DNA of 62,707 bases from positions 1 through 62,707 of IMG/VR virus record IMGVR_UViG_3300033134_000003. One strand, written 5' to 3'. The translations under genes were made by a program, and so were the position numbers. Within the stretch, counting starts at the first letter, position 1. Each line of letters opens with the position of its first letter. This DNA comes from a virus (Duplodnaviria > Caudoviricetes). Shown one piece after another: positions 9,046 to 17,201 of the stretch. The notes under the pieces were generated by a model. The model had not been told where the DNA came from, did not search any database, and was given only the letters and a program-made list of their open reading frames with translations.

Positions 9046-10091
9046 GTCTTGTACGGCGGATAGGTCGCCGTCCCGCTCGGCAGGCTCCCGATGATGAGCC
9101 CCGCTTGAGAACCGGTCGGCTGCTGCGGAGGCGCCTGCGTATCTCCATCGACGATGGTCGAGGGGTCCGGGATGTAGGGCTGGCCGCCGAATCGGCGCAG
9201 GTTGTTGAACTTCGTCGTGCAGGTCGCCTGCTGAAGATCGCAGCCCGGATAGATCGAGAACGTGTCCCCGACCGCAGGAGGCACCGGGAATGGGAAGTTC
9301 ATGATGATCGCGCCGGATGCGTTGAGGTAGCTCGAGACGTTCTGCGCGAAGGCGCTGTTCGCCCCACTCGTGAAGGTGAGGACGCCGAGGTCGAAGTACC
9401 CGTCCGCCGCGGTGAGGTTGGTCGAGAAGGAATACCCGCCGGCGGACCCGGAGGCGACCGCCGTCACCTCACCTGTCACCGTGAACGCGGATTTGAGAAG
9501 CCCGCAGCCGGCATCGTAGACCTGGTGATAGCAGCCGACCCCGTAGAGCTGCCGCGGCATGTTCTGCGAGCCAAGAAGCGCAAGGTAGTCATCGATCGTG
9601 AGCTCCGCCTTCAGCCGCCCGGCCTGCACGCCCTGCACCTGGCCCACGAGCCACCCAACAGCACCCGGTGAGGTGTCCGGGAAATTGGCACCCCCCGTTA
9701 CGGCCCGGTTCATGAAGAGCTTCGACATGCGAAAGAACGCATTATCGAAGAACCCGAGGTCGCAGGCCTGAAGGAACGGGTAGCCGTTGATGAGGATCGG
9801 CGCGCTGGGCGAGTCGGCCTGCGGGGCAACGGTGAGCTTCAAATTGCCGGCCTCGGTGCCGGCTTTCTGCGTGATGGTCCCGCGCTTGATCGTGAGCCCG
9901 GTCCCGAAGGTGTACGGTCCGACCGGCGATGAGCCCTGCGGAGGCAGATAGATCTCGCAGGACAGGGCCACATCGAAGCTCGTGAAGCGATAGGTCTGCC
10001 CCGTTGCGAGCGTGAACTCGAAAAGCTCGGCGACCTGATAGAGCCCGCTCTGCAGGACGCTGAGCGTTGCCGAGGAGGCGTACGTTTTCAC
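9042..10091 (-). CDS. Minor tail / hub protein, DUF2163/BR0599 family
   Basis: C-terminal YPGCDLQQATCTTKFNNLRRFGGQPYIP. Confidence 0.85.
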   Translation of the reverse strand: MKTYASSATLSVLQSGLYQVAELFEFTLATGQTYRFTSFDVALSCEIYLPPQGSSPVGPYTFGTGLTIKRGTITQKAGTEAGNLKLTVAPQADSPSAPILINGYPFLQACDLGFFDNAFFRMSKLFMNRAVTGGANFPDTSPGAVGWLVGQVQGVQAGRLKAELTIDDYLALLGSQNMPRQLYGVGCYHQVYDAGCGLLKSAFTVTGEVTAVASGSAGGYSFSTNLTAADGYFDLGVLTFTSGANSAFAQNVSSYLNASGAIIMNFPFPVPPAVGDTFSIYPGCDLQQATCTTKFNNLRRFGGQPYIPDPSTIVDGDTQAPPQQPTGSQAGLIIGSLPSGTATYPPYKT

Positions 10092-10744
10092 AACGTCACC
10101 GAGGTGAACGACAGCTTCTCAGCGCTCCAAAGTCCGTACATCATCTTCTTCCAATCGTACTTGTCCTCGTCGAACCGGCAGCGGTAGTACCAGCTGCCCG
10201 ACCAGGTGAGCGTCACCCCGGAGGCCGGCGCATAGCCCGACCCGAACGTCACGATGCCGGTCGAACCGATCGAGTACTCGCTCGATGGGATCGCCGTGCC
10301 ATTCGCATAGAGGATGGGCGTTCCATTCAAATTCTGGATGAGCTCGGGCTGGCCTGGGCCGCCTGAGTTCTGGTAGGTCGCCGTGAGCTGAAAGGCGAGC
10401 TGCGACCCCGTACCGTACCCGAAGGTTCCGAACTTCGTCGCCTGTGCACCGGGATCGATCGTGTTGAAATCAGGATCGGTGTGCAGGAACGTGTCCCAAC
10501 GTCCGTGCACCGCATTGAAGAGCCCCACGATCGCGGTGATATCGGGAGCGCCCGTGGTGAACTCTGACTCTCCGTCGCGCAGGAACTCGAATGAATACTC
10601 AAACTGCACGAGCGGGAACGCTCGGAATGCGACGGTCGAAACCTTGCCCGAGAGCGCCTGCTGATAGCCCGTGTTCCAGAGGTAGCGCCGGACATAGTCG
10701 AACTGAATCCCCGGAAGCGTGTACGGGAAGACGTAACTGCTCAC
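10088..10744 (-). CDS. Distal tail protein, DUF2460 family
   Basis: FNAVHGRWDTFLHTDP, LTWSGSWYYRCRFDED; follows the tape measure gene. Confidence 0.8.
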   Translation of the reverse strand: MSSYVFPYTLPGIQFDYVRRYLWNTGYQQALSGKVSTVAFRAFPLVQFEYSFEFLRDGESEFTTGAPDITAIVGLFNAVHGRWDTFLHTDPDFNTIDPGAQATKFGTFGYGTGSQLAFQLTATYQNSGGPGQPELIQNLNGTPILYANGTAIPSSEYSIGSTGIVTFGSGYAPASGVTLTWSGSWYYRCRFDEDKYDWKKMMYGLWSAEKLSFTSVTL

Positions 10745-13575
10745 CCTCGCCCCCCGCGCCCGAAGTGGCTACCGATCGCCCTCACGATGGAGCCTCGACC
10801 ATCCGGGCTCTGGAGCCAAGATTTCAGGCCCGTGAGGTCATGGGCCTGGAGCGAGATGTTCCAATTGTGCGTGTCGCCTCCCCCGCCGATCCCGGATGCG
10901 AGGCCAGCACCCGAGAGAGAGCCAGACTGACGAATGCCCTCGGCGAACGTCGCAGGCACGACCATCTCGCCTTGGTGGATCTGGGCCACCATGTCCTGCG
11001 GCACGCTCCAGGCGCCCACATCAAGGGATGCGAGCGACTGGTAGGCGGCAACCGCCGCAAACGCCGCTGCGGCCGCGGCGGGGGCCAATATCCAACCGAC
11101 GTAGGGGATCTGAGCGACGCTCGCGTACGTCCCGGAGAAGGCCTTGGCGGCATCTGCGAGCACCGTCTGGGCGCCGGCCGCCGTCGATGCCGCCTTCGAG
11201 GCCGCGGCGCCCGAGGCGGTGGCTGCGGTGCGGGCGGCGTTGCCCGTGACCACGGCTGCCGTCTGGGCTTGCTGAGAGGCCGCGGTGGCGGCGGTCGCCT
11301 GATTGCTCATGAGGAGGTGATAGAGGAACCCGCCCTGCTCGAGCGCCTTCTGCTGCGTCTGGGCGGTGTCTGCGAGCAGGATCCGGGTCGTCATGGCCTT
11401 GATGTCGTCGGCGATCTCCTTGGTCACGAGTTGCGATGAGATCTGCAGCAGCGACTGGGAGAGGGACCGGCGCCGGCTGATGAGATCCGAGACCAGCGTG
11501 CTCTCGGCCCCCTCGATCTCATTGACGGCGGACTTCCAGCCGGCCGCATCCTGCTGAGCGGCCTTGCGGGAGGCCTCGGCCGCCTCCCGGTCGAGCTGGG
11601 CGAGGTCGAGCACCTCCTTCGCCTTCAGCTCCCGGATCTGGTTGAACACGCGGTCGTACTCGACCGGGAGCTGCTTTAGCGTGTCGAGCTCGTTCTGGAG
11701 ACGCTGCAGGTCGAGCGCGTACTCCTGCTGCGTGAGGTTGCGCAGGAGCGCGTACTTTGCGGCCGCTACCCCCTGTTCGTTGGCGATGGAGGCCTGGAGC
11801 GTCTGTTTCTCCGCCTCGACCTTCGTGCGTGCGATCGAGATGTCCGTGTCAACGTCCTGGCGAGCGATCGCTGAGCTTTCCGATGCGCGCTCGCGGTTCA
11901 GCTCCGCGATCGACTGGTTGAGCGAGCGCTGCACCTCGATGCGCTGAGCAGCGGTGAGGGAGTCGCCGGCGAGAAGGGTGCGCCAGACCTCGGCTTCGGC
12001 TGCGAGGCGCTGAGTCGCCCCCTGGCTCGTGGCCGCCGAGATCTGTGAGACCTGCTCGCGGGCCTGGGAGATAGCCTGCGACCCTGCGGCCTGGCGCACC
12101 TGGACCTCGAGCCGCGCGATCTCGGACTCGACCTCGAGGCGATCCTTTGCGCTCGATGAGACCTGCGCGAGAGTCGCCTGCGCCACGGCCTGCTGCTTGG
12201 CGAGAAGCCCCGCCTGAGTGCCGTCCCAGGTCGATGCGAGCTCGGACATCTGCTCGCGCATGCGCTCGATGACCGGCCCGAACTGCAGGCTCGAGAGTTC
12301 CGTGCGCGCCTTGTCGAGCCCTGCGTTCAGCTTGTCGATCGAGAGCTGGTCGCCCTGCTGCTTTGCGACCGCAAGCGCTGCGGTCATCTCCGCGATCTTG
12401 GATCTCGCCTCCTCGGCTTGCTGGGAAACGGGATTTTCTTTCTGTGCGACCTCGACGCCTGTCTTGAGCGTCTGGTTCGGATCGGGCGGTGTTGCCATGA
12501 GCGCGCTCGAGCGCTCACGAATCGCCTGTGCCTCCTGGTTGATGCGCGCGGTGCGCTCGGCGGTCAGGTCCGAGCTCACCTGCGCAACCGACGTGCCGGC
12601 GCTCACGTCCGCAAAATAGATTAGCGCCGAGCGCGCACTCTCGAGCCACCCTTGCGCATGCTGGGCGAGGAGCGGGCGCGCGGACTGCAGCGCCGCATCG
12701 AGTAAAGTGATCTTCTCGGCGGCGATCTCGTTCGCGTTGCCGCTTTGATCCGCCGCGCGCGCGGCGTTGATCATCTCTTGGGACAGGTTGAGCGTCTGGG
12801 CGAGGGTCTGAGCGGACTCGCGAGGCTCGAAGAATTTCGCAAGCGACTCGGCCGCCTTATCTGCTGCCTCGCCCGTCACCTGCATGTACTGGGAGACCGC
12901 CGGGGCGAGCGCGCTCATCATCTGGGAGGTCATGCCGGGCACGCGCCCGAGGGTCTCTGCGATCTTCGTGGCGCTCGAGGCAGAGATGACCCCGGCGCGC
13001 TCGATCTCATCCGTGAACTCTTTGACCGATGTTGATGAGATGTCGAGGTTCCCGAAGAACCTCGCCGAGGCTGCGGCCTTGTCGATAGCCTCGGCGGTCT
13101 CGATCGAGCGATAGGTGAGGTAGGCGAGGCCCCCGACCAGAGCCGTGACGCCGGCGAGTGCGCCCAGCGCGGCCGGGGAGAGCCCGAGCACCCGCTGAGC
13201 GATGATCGCAAGCGTGCCCGGGGTCATGCGTGTGCGTCCCGATGAAAGCTCGTCAAACAGCGCGCGAAACTCGCGGGTCGCGGTTGAGATGGAGCCGTGC
13301 ATCTCCTCGCTCGAGCGCGAAAATCCAGAGGCGCTGAAGCCTGCGGCCGCAAGGGCGGCCGAGTAGCCTTGCGCCTGGGTCTTCGCCTGCAGGAGGTCTG
13401 CGGCAAGCTGCTGCATCCTCGCCTGCCCCGCCGAGTCGATCGTCCCGCTCGCCGAGGCCCGCGCGAGCTTGTTGAGCTCGCTCGAGAGGCTCTGCGTTTC
13501 GGCACGAGCCACAGCGAACTTGGTCTGCATATCGACCACATCGGCTGTGACCTTGACGGAGAGATTCGACGGCAC
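10741..13575 (-). CDS. Tail tape measure protein
   Basis: 944 aa, Ala/Gln-rich helical; C-terminal IPYVGWILAP and IHQGEMVVPA. Confidence 0.9.
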   Translation of the reverse strand: MPSNLSVKVTADVVDMQTKFAVARAETQSLSSELNKLARASASGTIDSAGQARMQQLAADLLQAKTQAQGYSAALAAAGFSASGFSRSSEEMHGSISTATREFRALFDELSSGRTRMTPGTLAIIAQRVLGLSPAALGALAGVTALVGGLAYLTYRSIETAEAIDKAAASARFFGNLDISSTSVKEFTDEIERAGVISASSATKIAETLGRVPGMTSQMMSALAPAVSQYMQVTGEAADKAAESLAKFFEPRESAQTLAQTLNLSQEMINAARAADQSGNANEIAAEKITLLDAALQSARPLLAQHAQGWLESARSALIYFADVSAGTSVAQVSSDLTAERTARINQEAQAIRERSSALMATPPDPNQTLKTGVEVAQKENPVSQQAEEARSKIAEMTAALAVAKQQGDQLSIDKLNAGLDKARTELSSLQFGPVIERMREQMSELASTWDGTQAGLLAKQQAVAQATLAQVSSSAKDRLEVESEIARLEVQVRQAAGSQAISQAREQVSQISAATSQGATQRLAAEAEVWRTLLAGDSLTAAQRIEVQRSLNQSIAELNRERASESSAIARQDVDTDISIARTKVEAEKQTLQASIANEQGVAAAKYALLRNLTQQEYALDLQRLQNELDTLKQLPVEYDRVFNQIRELKAKEVLDLAQLDREAAEASRKAAQQDAAGWKSAVNEIEGAESTLVSDLISRRRSLSQSLLQISSQLVTKEIADDIKAMTTRILLADTAQTQQKALEQGGFLYHLLMSNQATAATAASQQAQTAAVVTGNAARTAATASGAAASKAASTAAGAQTVLADAAKAFSGTYASVAQIPYVGWILAPAAAAAAFAAVAAYQSLASLDVGAWSVPQDMVAQIHQGEMVVPATFAEGIRQSGSLSGAGLASGIGGGGDTHNWNISLQAHDLTGLKSWLQSPDGRGSIVRAIGSHFGRGGRG

Positions 13576-13591
13576 TTGCTCTTGCCTCTCT

Positions 13592-13996
13592 TTACGGAAC
13601 GATTACCCGCGGGCCTTGCTGTGTGCGAAAGAGCTCATCGAGCCCGGGCAACGGCCCTATGCCAGGAACCGGGTCCCCTGGCTTTACGCCCTTGCCGCCC
13701 CAGATCTTGAAGAGCTGGGCCGGATTCACCCACCGTCCAGACTTCCACCTTGCCTCGAGGGATGCCTGGTGCTCCTCTGGCGTGAGAATGCGGCCGGCAT
13801 CCGGGCGCCAGGTCGTGAGGGCCCGGGTGAGGATCGTGAGCACCTCTGGCTCTGGGGGACACTGTTTCCAATACTCGATGATGGCGCGAGCGTCGCAGAA
13901 CCTGATCGAGCGGACCTCGCTCGGAAGTTTCTTCAGTCCGACTGCGAGGCGGGCGATCAGGGCTGGCCAGTCGGCGCGCCCGCGTTGCTTTCCCCC
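13592..13996 (-). CDS. Tail assembly chaperone T part (reached by -1 frameshift)
   Basis: The -1 frame is open from the slip site: GKQRGRADWPALIARLAVG...YWKQCPPEPEVLTIL... Confidence 0.75.
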   Translation of the reverse strand, partial: GGKQRGRADWPALIARLAVGLKKLPSEVRSIRFCDARAIIEYWKQCPPEPEVLTILTRALTTWRPDAGRILTPEEHQASLEARWKSGRWVNPAQLFKIWGGKGVKPGDPVPGIGPLPGLDELFRTQQGPRVIVP

Positions 13997-14313
13997 GCGG
14001 CACCGTCCTTGCCACTGTCGGCTGCGGCCTTGTCGGTGGCCTTCTCATCGACGAATCCGCCGAATTTCAGGATCTCCCTGACGGTTGAGTCGAGCTTGCG
14101 GATGGACCCGAAACGCATCGTGCCCACGGATTTCGCAAGCTCGGGGTGATCCTGGGAAAGAGCCGCTGCGATGATGTCCCGGTCGGCGCCCTTGCGCAGG
14201 CCGCTCGCCGCGAGCGGCTTGAAGAGCGCCTCCTGGATCTCCTCCATCTGTCCGACCGTGAGCGGGCCAATGGTGATCGTCTTGCCGTCGACCTCGAGGG
14301 TGAGAGATTGCAC
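13957..14313 (-). CDS. Tail assembly chaperone G
   Basis: Position between the tail tube and tape measure genes; ITIGPLTVGQMEEI. Confidence 0.8.
   Translation of the reverse strand: MQSLTLEVDGKTITIGPLTVGQMEEIQEALFKPLAASGLRKGADRDIIAAALSQDHPELAKSVGTMRFGSIRKLDSTVREILKFGGFVDEKATDKAAADSGKDGAAGESNAGAPTGQP
13990..13996 (-). other. Programmed -1 frameshift slippery site GGGGGAA
   Basis: G GGG GAA near the end of chaperone G with an open -1 frame downstream; canonical location before the tape measure gene. Confidence 0.75.
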
Positions 14314-14511
14314 GTTCGATGCCTCTTTTGTTAGGGAGGGGTAAGGCGAGCCGGATTCGGCGTTCCGGCTCGCCCCGCGAGCCCGTTTGAGCGGGTCCGC
14401 GCCCCAAAAGACCTGAGATGAGGCTTCAGAGGAGTGCGAGAGGCCGGCTGCCGAGTGCCGGTGTTTTCCAATTCGAAAAATTGTTCAGCGCTGAGCGCTA
14501 ACCTCCTTGGG

Positions 14512-15381
14512 CTATGCCTGCGTCGCAAGTGCGATGAAGCCGAGCTGCTGGGACGCATTCGCGAAAAATCCGAAGTCATACTCCGGCATCGAGAAATCGG
14601 TGAGCTTGAAGCCCTCCGTCCAGCCGCCGCCCACCGCTGCGAAAAGCCGCATGTAGTAGATCGACCCATACAGCACGTTCATGTAGTCGAGCTGGAAGGT
14701 CGGGGTCTGGCCGATCAGCGGATTATTGATCGTGATGGTCTGGCCGGCTGCGTTGGTGAAGCTGTAAGAGAAGCTGATGTTCACCGAGAGCCCGGCGGTG
14801 TGGTCGGCCGAGGAAAAGGTGTACGCGCCAGCGGATTGCGTGTATTGGCCGGCGGCCGGGGTTCCAGACGGGATGAAGGTGAGCGGCTCGCCGCTCGTGT
14901 ACACGACGCCCAGATCGCTGTTGAACACGCCAGAGCTCGGAATCGTCGGGGTGATCTGGTACGGCGTTGCGGGGATCAGGGTGAGCCCGGTCTGCGTGAG
15001 ACCGTACTGCGTGCCGGTAACGACCGAGGTGCCCGTCCCGAAGAGCAGGGCATTCAAGGCCTGCCCCGAGAGGGTCGCCGCCTTGATCTTCCCGGTGCAC
15101 TTGGCCGTGCCGCGCGCGACCACGAGCGGAAGCTGGTTCTGCCCGTAGAGCTCCTTCAGGTCGAACTTGATGTCAGTCGAGAACTCGTTGACATAGCCCA
15201 CGTTGGTAGGCGTTGCGTTCGCGATGTCGGTGCGGGTGAGGTAGAGAATGCCGGGGCCAAAGAGAGCCTGCGGCACAGTGTTGGTGCTTCCCATAGTTAC
15301 TCCAAAAGGTCCAGAGTCAGCGGTGTAGAGGCCAGAGTCAGCTGTGATGCCACCGGAGTCAGCTGTGCCGCCTACTGGCAT
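14512..15381 (-). CDS. Major tail (tube) protein; two possible starts (15381, 15294)
   Basis: FGPG...KELYGQNQLPLVVARG...FKLTDFSMPEYDF; both ATGs have an SD. Confidence 0.85.
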   Translation of the reverse strand: MPVGGTADSGGITADSGLYTADSGPFGVTMGSTNTVPQALFGPGILYLTRTDIANATPTNVGYVNEFSTDIKFDLKELYGQNQLPLVVARGTAKCTGKIKAATLSGQALNALLFGTGTSVVTGTQYGLTQTGLTLIPATPYQITPTIPSSGVFNSDLGVVYTSGEPLTFIPSGTPAAGQYTQSAGAYTFSSADHTAGLSVNISFSYSFTNAAGQTITINNPLIGQTPTFQLDYMNVLYGSIYYMRLFAAVGGGWTEGFKLTDFSMPEYDFGFFANASQQLGFIALATQA

Positions 15382-15460
15382 TTCTTTGGGACCTCCGGTG
15401 ATCGAAGAAAACGAGAGCCACCGCCTGCGCGGCAGCTCACCAACATCGAAAGGCTTGCGC

Positions 15461-16069
15461 TTACGGCGAGCTGGACGAGCTCGACGCGCTCACCGTGTGC
15501 CACACGATCTGCGATGACACGCCCGTCGGCGCTGCAGGAGCCGCGGGGCCGCTCGGGGCGCTCGAGCTCGATGAGGACGAGGAGTTGCTGCTTGAGCTTC
15601 CGGGGACGAGCTGAGAGGTCAGCGCGGACGGAACAGAAGTTCCGATTGAGTTCGACGCGGTGACGTACCACCAATATTGAGTCCCCGGCACGAGCGGACC
15701 TGCGGTGTAGGTGCAGCACTGCACGCCCGGCGGGGATTCAGCAGCGAATGCAATGACCGCCTGCCCAGCGACCGTGCTCCAGAAGATCTGATAGGTGGGG
15801 GCGGAGGTGAGCGGGTTGCCGTTGGCATCGGTCGTGGGCGCGTTCCACGAGATGATCGCGTAGGGCGTGCCGCTGCTGCTTGAGGACGAGGAGCTGCTGG
15901 AGCTCGCTGAGCTCGACGCGCTGCTCGATACACTGCCGCTCGAGGACGATGACACGCTGCCGGAGGATGCCTGTGCAAAGGCGGGATCGCCTCCGCCCAT
16001 CATGCTGACGGCGAGTATTGCTACGGCCACCATCGCTGCGGCCAGGAACCAAGGTGCAAAGCGTTTCAT
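15461..16069 (-). CDS. Secreted Ser-rich fibronectin type III protein
   Basis: Signal peptide ending AFA|Q; ISWNAPT...YQIFW...YWWYVTASNSIG FN3 pattern; poly-Ser linkers; AAGGAG RBS. Confidence 0.75.
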   Translation of the reverse strand: MKRFAPWFLAAAMVAVAILAVSMMGGGDPAFAQASSGSVSSSSSGSVSSSASSSASSSSSSSSSSSGTPYAIISWNAPTTDANGNPLTSAPTYQIFWSTVAGQAVIAFAAESPPGVQCCTYTAGPLVPGTQYWWYVTASNSIGTSVPSALTSQLVPGSSSSNSSSSSSSSAPSGPAAPAAPTGVSSQIVWHTVSASSSSSSP

Positions 16070-16084
16070 GATCGACTCCTTTCT

Positions 16085-17201
16085 TTGGAGCTCCCCCGGC
16101 AGGAATGGGAGCGCAGTTCCAGTGCTACAATTTGCTTGTGATCCTGACTTACCGCTATCGCATCAAGACCACCTCCGGTGCAAGGCTTGCGCTCGATGCG
16201 ATGGCACGGGCTGCGAACCTCGTATGGAACTTCTGTGGCGAGACGCAAGAGGCGGCGCGGAGATGGAATAGACGGTGGCCGACCGGCTTCGATCTGATCG
16301 GGCTGACAAATGGGAGCTCGCGCGCGCTCGGCCTGCATTCCGATACGGTGCAGGCAGTATGCAAGCAGTTCGCCGTGTCCCGCGACGAAGCGGAACGCCG
16401 GCCACGCTGGCGTGGCAAGAAGTCCCTCGGATGGGTGCCCTTCCAGGCTGCTCGGGCCATTCGGCTCGACGGCGATGCCATTGTCTTCCTCAAGCGCCGT
16501 TATCGTCTCTGGCTGCACCGGCCGATAGACGGTGAGATCAAATCCGGTAGCTTCTGCGCGGATGCGCGCGGCCGCTGGTACGTGAATCTGCAGGTCGAGG
16601 TCGAGACTGATACGGCCTGCGGATCCGGCGAGGTCGGCATAGACCTGGGACTCAAAACGCTCGCCGCGATCTCGACAGGAGATAGGATCGAAAATCCGCG
16701 TCATCTGGACCGATACGCGCAAAAGCTCGCGACGGCACATCGTGCCGGCAATGCCAAGCGCGCCCGCGCGATACACGCCAAGATCGTCAACTGTCGCAGA
16801 CATTTCCTGCATGAGCGCTCGTCGCAGCTCGTGCGCGATAACCGGCGCATCGTCGTCGGCAACGTCAATGCAAGCGGCCTCGCCAGGACCAGCATGGCGA
16901 AATCCGTTCTCGATGCCAGCTGGTCGCAGTTTCGATTCCAGCTCCGCTACAAAGCCATCAGGCACGGGGCCGAGTACATTGAAGCTGATGAGCGATTCAC
17001 AACCCAAGTGTGTTCTGGCTGTGGTGCAGTCAGCGGCCCCAAAGGTATCGAACATCTTGGAGTAAGAGATTGGGTCTGTTGCGAGTGCGGTGCTTGTCAT
17101 GATCGTGATATCAACTCCGCCATCAACATCCTCGTCTCGGGCCGGAAAGTCGGCCTCCGGTTGACGGGAAACGACCGGCTTTAGCCGGTGGATAGCTTTA
17201 C
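16085..17201 (+). mobile_element. Non-autonomous IS200/IS605-family element (tnpB only)
   Basis: tnpB followed by a right-end hairpin ACCGGCTTTAGCCGGT; GCTCCC...GGGAGC hairpin upstream; no tnpA; boundaries approximate. Confidence 0.65.
16138..17184 (+). CDS. tnpB: RNA-guided endonuclease TnpB (rearranged RuvC-II)
   Basis: TYRYRIK, VGIDLGLKTLA, IVVGNV, DERFTTQVCSGC, CCEC, HDRDINSAINI. Confidence 0.92.
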   Translation: MILTYRYRIKTTSGARLALDAMARAANLVWNFCGETQEAARRWNRRWPTGFDLIGLTNGSSRALGLHSDTVQAVCKQFAVSRDEAERRPRWRGKKSLGWVPFQAARAIRLDGDAIVFLKRRYRLWLHRPIDGEIKSGSFCADARGRWYVNLQVEVETDTACGSGEVGIDLGLKTLAAISTGDRIENPRHLDRYAQKLATAHRAGNAKRARAIHAKIVNCRRHFLHERSSQLVRDNRRIVVGNVNASGLARTSMAKSVLDASWSQFRFQLRYKAIRHGAEYIEADERFTTQVCSGCGAVSGPKGIEHLGVRDWVCCECGACHDRDINSAINILVSGRKVGLRLTGNDRL

